Assembly: GCA_035547035.1 (NCBI GenBank)
Contig: DASZVL010000092.1
Location: 86,113-150,112 of the forward strand
Direction: 5' to 3'
DNA length: 64,000 nt
Origin: Mycobacteriales bacterium
GTDB taxonomy: Bacteria; Actinomycetota; Actinomycetes; JAFAQI01
Part shown: piece after piece, positions 48,991-58,620 of the stretch
How the letters are laid out: each line of letters begins with the position of its first letter
How positions within the stretch are numbered: the first letter of the stretch is position 1
Translations under genes and position numbers: made by a program
Notes under the pieces: generated by a model
What the model was told of the DNA's origin: nothing
Database searches by the model: none
The model's input: the letters and a program-made list of their open reading frames with translations, nothing else

Positions 48991-49848
48991 CTACGCCGCG
49001 ACCGCGACCGGCGCGCTGCTAACCACCGCGGCGGGTGTCCAGCCAGGGTGGCGCAACACGTATCCCAGCGCGTCACGAACCGACCCCGCGCGTCGTACGT
49101 CGCGGTAGATCGCGACCCACTCGTGGGTCTCGATGCGAAACGGGTTGTGGGTCTCGATGTTCTTCGTCAAGCCGTAGGTCACCGGCGCGACCTCGGGCTC
49201 GAACGAGCCGAACATCCGGTCCCAGATGATCAGGATGCCGCCGTAGTTCTTGTCGAGGTACTCCTGGTTAGAGCCGTGATGCACGCGGTGGTGGCTCGGA
49301 GTGTTGAAGACGAACTCGATCGGAGACCACATCCGCCGGATCAGCTCGGTGTGGATCAGGAACTGGTACAGCAGGTTGATCGCGAAGCTCGTCAGGATCA
49401 GCTCCGGGGCGATGCCGAGCAGGGCGAGCGGCGCGAGGAACGGCAGCGTCGACACGACGACCCAGGGCTGCCGCAGGGCCACCGAGAGGTTGTAGCGGCG
49501 GCTCGAGTGATGCGCGACGTGGATCGCCCAGAGGAACCGCGACTCGTGGTGGAGCCGGTGGTAGGCGTAGTAGGCGATGTCGACGCCCACCATCGCCACG
49601 GCCCAGGCAACCCAACCGCGGTCGAGGTGCACCGGCGCCAGACGATGGAGCGCTACGAGGACAGCCACCTCGACCAGTGCCCAGGGTGCGCCGAGCATCT
49701 GGCTGCCGGCGCCGGCCGCGATGTTCGCCCACGTGTCGCGTACCTCATAGGTCGCTCGTCGAGCTCCGCGGATGAGGTATCGCTCGACGACGATGCTGAG
49801 CAGGAACATGGGGGCGGCGGCCAACAGGACGAGCTGAGCCGTGGTCAT
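48991..49848 (-). CDS. fatty acid hydroxylase / sterol desaturase superfamily membrane protein
   Basis: 285 aa from ATG 49848. Three His boxes: HRLHH, HVAHH and HHRVHH. The upstream part of the track ORF (to 50331) is antisense to the GntR gene. Confidence 0.88.
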   Translation of the reverse strand: MTTAQLVLLAAAPMFLLSIVVERYLIRGARRATYEVRDTWANIAAGAGSQMLGAPWALVEVAVLVALHRLAPVHLDRGWVAWAVAMVGVDIAYYAYHRLHHESRFLWAIHVAHHSSRRYNLSVALRQPWVVVSTLPFLAPLALLGIAPELILTSFAINLLYQFLIHTELIRRMWSPIEFVFNTPSHHRVHHGSNQEYLDKNYGGILIIWDRMFGSFEPEVAPVTYGLTKNIETHNPFRIETHEWVAIYRDVRRAGSVRDALGYVLRHPGWTPAAVVSSAPVAVAA

Positions 49849-49861
49849 GTCGGTAGTCTGA

Positions 49862-49892
49862 CACGACTGGTACAACCAGTCAACCAGTCGTG
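49862..49892. promoter_or_regulatory. FadR/GntR-type operator in divergent intergenic region
   Basis: CACGACTGGTACAACCAGTCAACCAGTCGTG. Perfect palindrome ACTGGT-ACA-ACCAGT (49866-49880). The half-site is duplicated as a tandem AACCAGTC x2 (49874-49889). This gives a second, 10-bp inverted repeat, CACGACTGGT / ACCAGTCGTG. Confidence 0.65.
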
Positions 49893-49914
49893 ATTTCGCT
49901 GCTACCGTGACGCC

Positions 49915-50619
49915 ATGGCGCTCGCTCCGGTCGCTGCGGCTCCGCTCTCGGAGCAGGTGTACCGGCGTCTGCTCGACGCCATCCTCGCCGACGAGTTCGT
50001 CGAAGGCATCCTGCCGTCGGAACGGGATCTCGCCGCGACCTTCGAGGTCAACCGCCATGCCGTCCGGGAGGCCTTGAAGCGGCTCCAGCAGGCGCGCCTC
50101 GTCGAGGTCAGCCAAGGCGGTTCGACCCGGGTCCTCGACTACCGCACCGAGGGCCGGCTCGATCTGCTGGCCGACCTTCTGGTCCGTGCCGGGCACGTCG
50201 ACTGGAAGGTCGCCCGTTCCGCACTGGAGATGCGCGCGTCGATCGGGGCCGACGCCGCGGCCCTGTGCGCAAGACGCGCACCGAAGACACTCCGGTCGCT
50301 TCGCAAGGTGCTCGACGAGATGGCAGCCCACCCCGAGGACCTGTCGGCGCTCGACGCCGACAACGTCGTGTTCTGGACCGCGATCGTCGAAGGCTCGGGC
50401 AACCTGCTCTACCGGCTGTCACTCAACACGCTGCTCGACGGCCTGAGGATCCTTGCCGACTCACTCGGCGAGGACAGCGTCTATCAGCTCGCACGCGAGG
50501 AGTACCTGCAGATCGACGAGCTGCGCGAGGTCGCGAAGGCGATCGGCGCCCGCGACGCCGAGCGTGCCAGGCAGGCGGCGTACGGGCATCTCGCCCGAAC
50601 CGTCACCGCCGCAGGCTGA
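49915..50619 (+). CDS. GntR-family transcriptional regulator (FadR/FCD subfamily)
   Basis: 234 aa. Winged HTH LPSERDLAATFEVNRHAVREALKRLQQARLVEV plus an all-helical C-terminal FCD-like domain. Confidence 0.9.
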   Translation: MALAPVAAAPLSEQVYRRLLDAILADEFVEGILPSERDLAATFEVNRHAVREALKRLQQARLVEVSQGGSTRVLDYRTEGRLDLLADLLVRAGHVDWKVARSALEMRASIGADAAALCARRAPKTLRSLRKVLDEMAAHPEDLSALDADNVVFWTAIVEGSGNLLYRLSLNTLLDGLRILADSLGEDSVYQLAREEYLQIDELREVAKAIGARDAERARQAAYGHLARTVTAAG

Positions 50620-51075
50620 TCACTCGAGCGCAGCAGCAAGCCGGTCGAGCGTGGTGCTCATGGTCTGCCTGTTGCGCGCTGCACGGTCATCGATTCCGGA
50701 GATCTGCTTGCTCATCTCCAGCGCGGATTCCGGCCGCAGGTCCTCGCTCCACTCGGTGACCCGGCAGCCCGAGTCCGTCGGCTCGATGCGATAACCCCAG
50801 GTGGAGTAGTGGAAGTCGTACATCCGGCACTCGAAGGCGAAGGCGCGGCCCGGATCGGCTTCGATGATCGTCGCCTGGGTCGTCCACTCGTTGTCCCCGG
50901 CGCGGTTGTGCCCGTCGAAGCTCGCGCCGACGGCGGCAGCGTCAAAGCCGTCGTGCCAATCGCAGGTGTGACACTCCTGCGACCACTCACCCATTCGCGT
51001 CACGTCGGAGATCGCGGCATATACCGCCTCGGGTGAGGCAGCGATGTCGCGGGAGATCTCGAGTCGGTCGGTCAT
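50620..51075 (-). CDS. SRPBCC (START/Bet v1-like) family protein
   Basis: 151 aa from ATG 51075 (ATGA overlap with the methyltransferase stop). EISRDIAASPEAVYAAISDVTRMGEWS, typical of the polyketide_cyc2/SRPBCC N-terminus. Confidence 0.8.
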   Translation of the reverse strand: MTDRLEISRDIAASPEAVYAAISDVTRMGEWSQECHTCDWHDGFDAAAVGASFDGHNRAGDNEWTTQATIIEADPGRAFAFECRMYDFHYSTWGYRIEPTDSGCRVTEWSEDLRPESALEMSKQISGIDDRAARNRQTMSTTLDRLAAALE

Positions 51076-51854
51076 GTCTTGCTCTTCTCTTGGGGCAGCG
51101 TGATCCTGATCTTGGACTGAGAATGGCCGAGCGCCTCCCAGTCGTCCATGAACTGCGCCGACAGACCGTGACGGTCCGCCGCGTCGATGAGGGTCTCCTT
51201 GCGAAAGTAGAAGTCCTCGCGAAGCTTGCCGTACTCCTTGCCCTCGGTGCGCTTGAACGTGAAGTCGAAGAAGCCGTCGGGTTTCATCAAGCGGCCGACG
51301 TGGGCGAAGCAGTCCTCGATGACATCGAGTGGCGCATGCGAGAACACGCTGTGCGCGTGGATGACATCGAACGACGCATCGGGCAGCACGGTGAAGGTCT
51401 GGTCGCGCACGAGCAAGAGATAAGGCAGCTTGTCGGTCAAGCCACGGCGGGCGACTGTCTGCTGCGCCGCGAACAGCACCTGCTGTGAGATGTCGACGCC
51501 GTAGTAGTGGCCCGGCTCCAGATAGCGGATGAGCCGCCAGCCGGCGCGAAGGTTGCCGCAGCCGATCTCGAGCAGCCGGTGGTGGGGCTCGAGGCCATGC
51601 TGGCGCAGGTAGTCGAACTGCAGCTTGCCAACTCGACGCGAACGCGCGGTCAGGTCGTCGCCGACGGCCGTCGCCTTGCCCGTGACGACCAGGTCGTCGA
51701 CGACAGCGCCGTAGTACGCGAGATGGTCCCGGTGACTCAGCCGCAGCCTCGCGTCGCGGCGAAGCCGGTGGAGGTACCACTTCGCCCGCTGCGGATAGCG
51801 GGACGCCTGCCGCAATGCGCCAACGACGGATCGGCGGTCTCGAAGGTTTGCCAC
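51072..51854 (-). CDS. class I SAM-dependent methyltransferase
   Basis: 260 aa from GTG 51854, with AGGA 6 nt upstream, 8 nt after the menF stop. Motif I LLEIGCGNLR, and DVIHAHSVFSH...LMKPDG. Confidence 0.8.
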   Translation of the reverse strand: MANLRDRRSVVGALRQASRYPQRAKWYLHRLRRDARLRLSHRDHLAYYGAVVDDLVVTGKATAVGDDLTARSRRVGKLQFDYLRQHGLEPHHRLLEIGCGNLRAGWRLIRYLEPGHYYGVDISQQVLFAAQQTVARRGLTDKLPYLLLVRDQTFTVLPDASFDVIHAHSVFSHAPLDVIEDCFAHVGRLMKPDGFFDFTFKRTEGKEYGKLREDFYFRKETLIDAADRHGLSAQFMDDWEALGHSQSKIRITLPQEKSKT

Positions 51855-51862
51855 GACTCGTC

Positions 51863-53098
51863 CTACAGAAGCGCCGACAGCACGGCGTCGAACTTGGCGG
51901 TCGTCTCGGCGACCTCGGCGCCGGGATCGGACTCGGCGACGATGCCGGCACCGGCCCACAGCCGGGCCGTGTCACCCGAAAGCTGCGCACAACGCAGCGC
52001 GATGGCGAACTCGCCGTCGCCGCGCGCGTCCACCCAGCCGACCGGGCCGGCGTACCGGCCACGGGGGGCAGCCTCCAGCTCCGTGATCATCGCGAGTGCG
52101 GCCTCACGCGGCGTACCGCCCACGGCAGCAGTCGGGTGCAACCTTGCGGCGAGCTCGAGCGCCGAAGGCGGTTCGGTGCCGAGCCACGCCTCGAAATGAG
52201 TTGCGAGGTGCGTGACGTTCGCCAGCCGCAGCAACTGCGGCGCGCCGTCACTGACCATGTCCGCCGCGACGGCTGCGAACACGTCGCGGACCGAGTCCGC
52301 GGCGAGCTGGTGCTCACGAGCATCCTTGGTCGATCCGAGCAGCTCGCGCTCGAGCGCCGCATCCTCCTCGGCATCGCCACCACGGCGCACCGTCCCCGCG
52401 AGTACGACGGACTCGGCATGGCGACCGAGCCGTCGCACCAGCAGCTCCGGCGACGCCCCGACGAGCCCGTCACAGACGAAGGTGAAGCAGGACGGGAAGC
52501 GAGCCGCGAGCCGAGCCGCGACGGCGCGCGGATCGAGGACCGACGGCGCCGTCACGTCGAGCGCACGAGCGAGGACGACCTTCTGGAGCGAGCCGTTGCC
52601 GATCGCCGTGACAGCCTGCTTCACCAGGTGCGCCCACTCGTCCTCCGACGGCACGGCCGCGGCAAGCTTGGCCGCCGGCGCCGTCGCCGCGGCGACCGGG
52701 CGCCGGCGTAAGGCGGGCACCGCGACGGCGCCGGGCGGGTTGACGAGGGTGACCCACGACCGGCCCTCGCGACGCCCGAGCACGACCTGCGGCACGACGA
52801 CGACGGAGGCGTCGACCGCCGGATCGAAACCGAGCGAGACGATTGCCACCGGCCCGCAGCCCGGGAGTCCCACGTCGTCACGTGCGGTGATCGCAGCGAG
52901 CGCCGCGCTGACCTCCGCAGGGTCACGGGTCGCGAGCCGCGCGGCCTCACCCCAACCGACGATGCCGTCGCCGCCACGCAGGAAGCCGTAGGCCTTGCCG
53001 GCCGGCAGCCATGTCAGCAGCTCGCCGGGATCGTCGACCTCGACACTCCACGCGATCAGCTCTGCGGCGTCGACCGACGCAACGGCTTTCGTGTTCAT
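51863..53098 (-). CDS. menF: isochorismate synthase
   Basis: 411 aa. Chorismate-binding C-terminal motifs LHPTAAVGGTP, RGRYAGPVGW, AIALRCA and AGAGIVAESDP. Confidence 0.92.
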   Translation of the reverse strand: MNTKAVASVDAAELIAWSVEVDDPGELLTWLPAGKAYGFLRGGDGIVGWGEAARLATRDPAEVSAALAAITARDDVGLPGCGPVAIVSLGFDPAVDASVVVVPQVVLGRREGRSWVTLVNPPGAVAVPALRRRPVAAATAPAAKLAAAVPSEDEWAHLVKQAVTAIGNGSLQKVVLARALDVTAPSVLDPRAVAARLAARFPSCFTFVCDGLVGASPELLVRRLGRHAESVVLAGTVRRGGDAEEDAALERELLGSTKDAREHQLAADSVRDVFAAVAADMVSDGAPQLLRLANVTHLATHFEAWLGTEPPSALELAARLHPTAAVGGTPREAALAMITELEAAPRGRYAGPVGWVDARGDGEFAIALRCAQLSGDTARLWAGAGIVAESDPGAEVAETTAKFDAVLSALL

Positions 53099-53103
53099 GG
53101 GGC

Positions 53104-53613
53104 TCAGGACCCGGCCGGCCTTCCGAGCTCGGACTGCAAGGCGTCGTTCTTCGACCGCGCGGTGTCGGCCAGCCCTTCCTGGAACTTCACCATCGCAGCC
53201 CGCAGCGCGTCGTCACTGACCCCCAGGATGCGGACGGCGAGCAGACCCGCATTGCGCGCGCCGGCGACCGACACGGTCGCGACCGGCACCCCCGCCGGCA
53301 TCTGCACGATCGACAGCAGCGAGTCGACGCCATCGAGATGTGACAGCGGAACCGGTACGCCGATCACCGGCAGCGGCGTGACGGACGCCAGCATGCCCGG
53401 CAGGTGGGCCGCTCCCCCGGCGCCGGCGATGATCAGCTTCAGACCGCGATCGGCGGCGCTCGCGCCGTACTCCAACATGTCCTTCGGCGTGCGATGGGCG
53501 GAGACGACCCGCACTTCGGTCTCGACCCCGAACTCGGCGAGCGCATCTGCAGCCGGCCGCATCGTCGGCCAGTCCGAGTCGCTGCCCATCACAATCCCGA
53601 CCATGGCGCTCAT
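53104..53613 (-). CDS. purE: 5-(carboxyamino)imidazole ribonucleotide mutase
   Basis: 169 aa. [17 protein letters not shown] and AGGAAHLPG. Confidence 0.97.
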   Translation of the reverse strand: MSAMVGIVMGSDSDWPTMRPAADALAEFGVETEVRVVSAHRTPKDMLEYGASAADRGLKLIIAGAGGAAHLPGMLASVTPLPVIGVPVPLSHLDGVDSLLSIVQMPAGVPVATVSVAGARNAGLLAVRILGVSDDALRAAMVKFQEGLADTARSKNDALQSELGRPAGS

Positions 53614-54713
53614 GACGAGTCCCCCCTCAGCACTGCGACTGCCCGGCGCGCTCGCTCGCGAGTCTGCTCGAGATCATCGCCGAGCGCTGTCACGTGTCCC
53701 AGCTTGCGCCCGGGCCGCGCCGCCTTGCCGTAGAGATGCACCGAGCAGCTGGGCACTGCCTCGAGCGCGGCTGGCAGCGTCTTGGCCAGATCGGTCGTCG
53801 GACCACCCAGCAGGTTGACCATCACGGTGAACGGGGCTCGGGTGCGGGTGTCGCCGAGCGGCCAGTCGAGAATCGCGCGAAGGTGCTGCTCGAACTGGCT
53901 CGTCGTCGAACCTTCGATCGACCAGTGGCCGGAGTTGTGTGGGCGCATCGCGAGCTCGTTGACCAACAGCCCGTTCGGTGCTTCGAAGAGCTCCACCGCG
54001 AGCACGCCGACGACATCGAGCTCTTCGGCGATTCGCACGGCGAGCGCCTGAGCCTCTGCAGTCAGCGCATGGCTGAGCCGCGGCGCGGGAGCGATGACCT
54101 CGACGCAGATGCCACCGTCCTGCACGGTCTCGACCACGGGCCAGCACTTGGTGTGTCCGGACGGTGTCCGCGCCACCTGCACGGCGAGCTCGTGGACGAT
54201 GGTGACCTTCTCCTCGACGATCACGTCGCCGGTCGGCAATGGGTCGCTCTCGCCGACGACCCAGACGCCGCGGCCGTCGTACCCGCCTCGCACCGCCTTT
54301 GCGATGTACGGCCGCGGCAATGCGCTCGGATCGTCGGACCACTTCGGGATCGGGATGCCGAGCTCGCCCAGCCGCTGCCGCATCGCGCGCTTGTCCTGCG
54401 CGTACCGCAGCGCGCCGGCACCCGGACGCGTGGCGACGCCGGAGGTCGCGAGTGCGGCGATCAGCTCGTTCGGCACGTGCTCGTGGTCGAAGGTGACGAC
54501 GTCGCAGCTCTTCGCGAAGCGCTCGACCGCTTCGGCGTCCGCCGCGGCGCCGAGCTCCACCTCGGGTGTGACGAGCGCGGCGCCGTCGTCCGCATTGTCG
54601 GCGAGGACCCGCAAGGTCAGGCCGAGAGAGATCGCAGCCTGATGGGTCATTCGAGCGAGCTGACCAGCCCCGACCATGCCCACGACCGGCAGTCCGGTCG
54701 CCTTGGCGGTCAT
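53610..54713 (-). CDS. purK: 5-(carboxyamino)imidazole ribonucleotide synthase
   Basis: 367 aa. ATP-grasp fold, [12 protein letters not shown] and C-terminal RKLGHV. 4-nt overlap with purE. Confidence 0.95.
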   Translation of the reverse strand: MTAKATGLPVVGMVGAGQLARMTHQAAISLGLTLRVLADNADDGAALVTPEVELGAAADAEAVERFAKSCDVVTFDHEHVPNELIAALATSGVATRPGAGALRYAQDKRAMRQRLGELGIPIPKWSDDPSALPRPYIAKAVRGGYDGRGVWVVGESDPLPTGDVIVEEKVTIVHELAVQVARTPSGHTKCWPVVETVQDGGICVEVIAPAPRLSHALTAEAQALAVRIAEELDVVGVLAVELFEAPNGLLVNELAMRPHNSGHWSIEGSTTSQFEQHLRAILDWPLGDTRTRAPFTVMVNLLGGPTTDLAKTLPAALEAVPSCSVHLYGKAARPGRKLGHVTALGDDLEQTRERARRAVAVLRGDSS

Positions 54714-54730
54714 CCTCTGACTCGGGACAC

Positions 54731-55879
54731 TTACAAGCCCAGGTCTCGGGCGATGAGCATCCGCTGGATCTCGGACGTGCCCTCGCCGATCTCAAGGATC
54801 TTGGCGTCGCGCCAGTGCCGCGCCACCGGGAACTCGTTCATGAACCCGTACCCGCCGAACACCTGGGTCGCGTCGCGCGCGTTGTCGACCGCGATGGTCG
54901 ATGAGTACAGCTTCGCGATCGCTGCCTCGCGCTTGAACTTCTCGCCCGCGAGCATCCGCGAGGCCGCGTCGAGGTACGCGACGCGCGCGACATGGGTGCG
55001 GACCTCCATGTCTGCGATCCGGAACGCGACCGCCTGGTTCGACCCGATCGGCGCGCCGAACGCCTCGCGCTCCTTGGCGTAGCGCACCGACTCGTCGACG
55101 CAAGCCTGCGCGAGGCCGACACCGAGAGCCGAGATCGCGATCCTGCCCTCGTCGAGGGTCGAGAGGAACTGGGCGTAGCCGCGACCGCGCTCACCCAAGA
55201 CGTTCTCCGCCGGCACCCGGCAGTCCTTGAACGACAGCTCGCGGGTGTCGCTCGCGTGCCACCCGACCTTGTCGTACTTCTTCGACGGCGTGAACCCCTC
55301 GCGCGGCACCGGGACCATGATCGAGGTCAGCTCGGGCCTGCCGTCGGCGCGGTCTCCGGTGCGGCAGAGCGCCGTCACGAGGGTCGTGATCTTCGTGCCG
55401 GAGTTCGTGATGAACGCCTTGGTGCCGTTGACCACCCACTCGTCGCCGTCAAGGACGGCGCGGGTGCGCGGGTTGCCGGCATCCGAGCCACCGCCCGGCT
55501 CGGTCAAGCCGAACGCGGCGAGCGCCTCGCCGCTGCACAAGGACGGCAGCCACTCCTTGCGTTGTTCCTCGGTGCCGAACCGGTACACCGGCATCGAGCC
55601 GAGACCCACCGCGGCCTCGAGGGTGATTGCCACGCTCGAGTCGGCGCGCGCGAGCTCCTCGATCGCCAGGCACAGCGCGAGGAAGTCGCCGCCCATGCCG
55701 CCGTACTCCTCGGGGAACGGCAGCCCGAACAGGCCCATCTCGCCCATCTGAGCGATCACCGGGTACGGGAACTCGCCGGTCCGGTCGGCCTCTTCAGCCT
55801 GTGGCGCAACCACCTCGCGGGCGTAGGTCTCAACGCTCTTGCGCAGTGCTTCGTGCTCATCACTCAACCGGTGGTCCAC
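54731..55879 (-). CDS. acyl-CoA dehydrogenase (short/branched-chain type)
   Basis: 382 aa. GLTEPGGGSDAG, FITN, and C-terminal ILEIGEGTSEIQR. GTG start. Confidence 0.92.
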   Translation of the reverse strand: MDHRLSDEHEALRKSVETYAREVVAPQAEEADRTGEFPYPVIAQMGEMGLFGLPFPEEYGGMGGDFLALCLAIEELARADSSVAITLEAAVGLGSMPVYRFGTEEQRKEWLPSLCSGEALAAFGLTEPGGGSDAGNPRTRAVLDGDEWVVNGTKAFITNSGTKITTLVTALCRTGDRADGRPELTSIMVPVPREGFTPSKKYDKVGWHASDTRELSFKDCRVPAENVLGERGRGYAQFLSTLDEGRIAISALGVGLAQACVDESVRYAKEREAFGAPIGSNQAVAFRIADMEVRTHVARVAYLDAASRMLAGEKFKREAAIAKLYSSTIAVDNARDATQVFGGYGFMNEFPVARHWRDAKILEIGEGTSEIQRMLIARDLGL

Positions 55880-55956
55880 CTGACGATTTTCGCATGATGC
55901 CGAAGGTCGGATGGCACCAAAGTTGGTCTTCAGGGTTGACCCGTACCCTCGGGTAG

Positions 55957-56439
55957 GTGGTCCGAGCGAGGGTGAAGCACCTCTACACGACCTTCGAACA
56001 CCTGATCCACGAGATCGCGAAGTTCGGGGTGGTCGGCGCGGTCGCCTTCGTCCTCACGACAGTTCTGAACAACCTCTTCCACTTCGGGGTCGGGCTCGGT
56101 CCGCTCACCAGCTTCGGTTTGGCGACGGTGATCGCCGCCGTCTGCTCGTACTTCGCGAACCGCCACTGGACCTGGCGGCACAAGGACGACAGCGGACTCG
56201 GGCGCGGGCTGTCGTTGTTCCTGGGCCTGTCCGCGATCGGGCTCGTGGTCTCGGAGATCCCGGTCGGCTTCAGCGAGTACGTCCTCGGCCTGCATTCGAC
56301 GCTCGCCTACAACGTCTCCTCGACGTTGGTCGGCACCGCTCTCGGAACGGTCTGGCGGTTCTGGTCGTTCCGCAAGTGGGTCTTCCTGGAGCCCGAGCCG
56401 GAGCGCACCGAGGACGCCGAGCACAACGCGTTGGTCTAG
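55957..56439 (+). CDS. GtrA-family membrane protein (Rv3277-like)
   Basis: 160 aa, four TM segments. FGVVGAVAFVLTTVLNNLF and YFANRHWTWR. Confidence 0.85.
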   Translation: MVRARVKHLYTTFEHLIHEIAKFGVVGAVAFVLTTVLNNLFHFGVGLGPLTSFGLATVIAAVCSYFANRHWTWRHKDDSGLGRGLSLFLGLSAIGLVVSEIPVGFSEYVLGLHSTLAYNVSSTLVGTALGTVWRFWSFRKWVFLEPEPERTEDAEHNALV

Positions 56440-56460
56440 ACCGGCGTCACCCGGAACGAG

Positions 56461-58056
56461 CTACACCGGTGTCACTCCGTGACGTCTTGTCGAGAACGCC
56501 CGGTCCTTGTTGCGGTACGCCGCGAACCGCCGGATCAGGTCGTGGCGCAGCTGCTCCGGCTCGACGATTGCGTCGATCACGAGCTCGCCGGCAAGGTGGA
56601 CGACGTCGATGTCCTCCTCGTACTCCTCGCGCAGCTTCATGACGTAGGCCTCGCGCTCGGCCTCGTCCTCGATCTTCTGGATCCGGTTGTAGTGGACCGC
56701 GTTGATCGCGGCCTCCGCGCCCATCACGGCGATCTTGGCCGTCGGCAGCGCGATCGTCGCGTCAGTGCCGAAGGCCGGTCCAGACATCGCATACAGACCC
56801 GCGCCGTAGGCCTTGCGCACGATCACCGAGATCTTCGGCACGGTCGCCTCGCAGACCGCGGTGATGAGCTTCGCGCCGTGCCGGATGATGCCCTCGCGCT
56901 CTACCGCCGTACCGACCATGTAGCCGGGCACGTCGGCAAGGAAGAGCAACGGCACGTTGAACGCGTCGCACAGCTGGATGAACCGCGCTGCCTTGTCGGC
57001 GGAGTCGACGAACAGGACCCCGCCCTTGATCATCGGATTGTTGGCGACAACGCCGACGACCTCACCGTCGAGCCGGCCGAAGCCGACGATGATCTCCTTC
57101 GCCCACAGCTCGTGGACCTGGAAGAAGGAACCCTCGTCGAGGACCGCCGCGATGTAGCGGCGCATGTCGTAGGCCTGCCGGTCGTTGTCAGGCACCATCG
57201 CGCGCAAGTCGCCGGAGCCAGCCGGACGCGCCTCGGCCGACGGAGGCTGACCCTGCCAGTTCGACGGCAGGTACGAGAGGTAGCGGCGCACGGTGCCGAT
57301 CGCGCTCGGCTCGTCGGGAGCTAGGAAGTGCCCGACCCCCGAGACGCTGCAGTGCATCCGGGCGCCACCCATCTCCTCGAGGGTGGTCTGCTCGCCGACG
57401 ACCATCTCGACCATGCGAGGTGAGCCGAGATACATCGACGCGTTGCCCTCGACCATCACAACGACGTCACAGAAGGCGGGGATGTACGCCCCACCGGCCG
57501 CACTCGGACCGAACAGCGCGCACACCTGTGGGATGGCGCCGCTGGCCTTGACCTGGTTGTAGAAGATCCGGCCGGCGTGACGACGGCCCGGGAACATCTG
57601 CACCTGATCGGTGATCCGAGCGCCGGCCGAGTCGACCAGCCAGACCATCGGCACGCGCAGCGAGTAGGCCTGTTCGATGGTCCGCACGATCTTCTCGACC
57701 GTGCGCGCGCCCCACGAGCCGGCCTTGACCGTGGAGTCGTTGGCCATCAGGCACACCTGTCGGCCGTCGATGCGCGCCGTGCCGGTCACAACGCCGTCGG
57801 CAGGAAGGTCGCCGGCCAGCGCGTTGGCGAACTCGCCATCCTCGATGAACGAGTCTTCGTCGACGAGGAGCCGGATCCGCTCGCGGGCGAAGAGCTTGCC
57901 CTTCTCCGCGTTCGCGGCGTGGTACTTGTCGGGGCCGCCACGCGCGATGTCTTCGCGGAGCTTCTTGATGTCGGTCACGTCCACCTCCCCGCCCGCCGCC
58001 ACTGATGGAGCCGGCTTCGCCAGCGCTTCAAATGGCGAGACTAGAGGAACCAGCAC
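56461..58056 (-). CDS. acyl-CoA carboxylase carboxyltransferase (beta) subunit, AccD family
   Basis: 531 aa. Two crotonase-like CT domains, with MANDSTVKAGSWG, GPSAAGGAYIPA, and VVANNPMIKGGVL...LLFLADVPGYMVG. Confidence 0.9.
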   Translation of the reverse strand: MLVPLVSPFEALAKPAPSVAAGGEVDVTDIKKLREDIARGGPDKYHAANAEKGKLFARERIRLLVDEDSFIEDGEFANALAGDLPADGVVTGTARIDGRQVCLMANDSTVKAGSWGARTVEKIVRTIEQAYSLRVPMVWLVDSAGARITDQVQMFPGRRHAGRIFYNQVKASGAIPQVCALFGPSAAGGAYIPAFCDVVVMVEGNASMYLGSPRMVEMVVGEQTTLEEMGGARMHCSVSGVGHFLAPDEPSAIGTVRRYLSYLPSNWQGQPPSAEARPAGSGDLRAMVPDNDRQAYDMRRYIAAVLDEGSFFQVHELWAKEIIVGFGRLDGEVVGVVANNPMIKGGVLFVDSADKAARFIQLCDAFNVPLLFLADVPGYMVGTAVEREGIIRHGAKLITAVCEATVPKISVIVRKAYGAGLYAMSGPAFGTDATIALPTAKIAVMGAEAAINAVHYNRIQKIEDEAEREAYVMKLREEYEEDIDVVHLAGELVIDAIVEPEQLRHDLIRRFAAYRNKDRAFSTRRHGVTPV

Positions 58057-58098
58057 AGCGCGACCGTGGGCGAACTCAACAGAGATCGGGCCTCGCAG

Positions 58099-58620
58099 TC
58101 ATGCGATCGCACACTCCATCCAGAGCACGTCCCACCACTGCTCGAACTTGCGCCCGACCTCGCTCATGGTCCCGATCGGCGCGAAACCGAACTTGGCGTG
58201 CAGCGCCACCGAGCCGGGATTGGGCAGGGCGATCACGGCGTACGCCCGATGCAGCGGCTCGCCGCGCAGCTCGGCGAACAGCCGTTCGTAGAGCGCCGTC
58301 CCGAGCCCGCCTGACGTCGCGTCGGGGCGCAGGTAGACGGTCACCTCGATCGAGGTGTCATAAGCGCGGCGCGGCCGGAACCGGCTGCTGCTGGCGTAAC
58401 CGACAACGTCACCGTTGCGGACCGCGACGAGCAGGCGATACGGACCTAACGACCGGTAGTGGTCGAACCATTCCCGCCGGTCCTCGACCGTGTGCGGCTG
58501 GAGGTCGAACGTGGCCGCGGTGTTCAGGACGTAGTGGTTGTAGATGTCGGTCAGCGCCGGGAGGTCGCCCTCGGCGGCGTACCGGACCTCGATGTCGGTG
58601 CCGGCCCCGGAATCCGTCAC
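58099..58620 (-). CDS. GNAT-family N-acetyltransferase (phosphinothricin/MSO acetyltransferase-like)
   Basis: 173 aa. DIYNHYVLNTAATFDLQPHTVEDRREWF and the acetyl-CoA loop SGGLGTALYERL. 4-nt overlap with the upstream gene. Confidence 0.85.
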   Translation of the reverse strand: MTDSGAGTDIEVRYAAEGDLPALTDIYNHYVLNTAATFDLQPHTVEDRREWFDHYRSLGPYRLLVAVRNGDVVGYASSSRFRPRRAYDTSIEVTVYLRPDATSGGLGTALYERLFAELRGEPLHRAYAVIALPNPGSVALHAKFGFAPIGTMSEVGRKFEQWWDVLWMECAIA

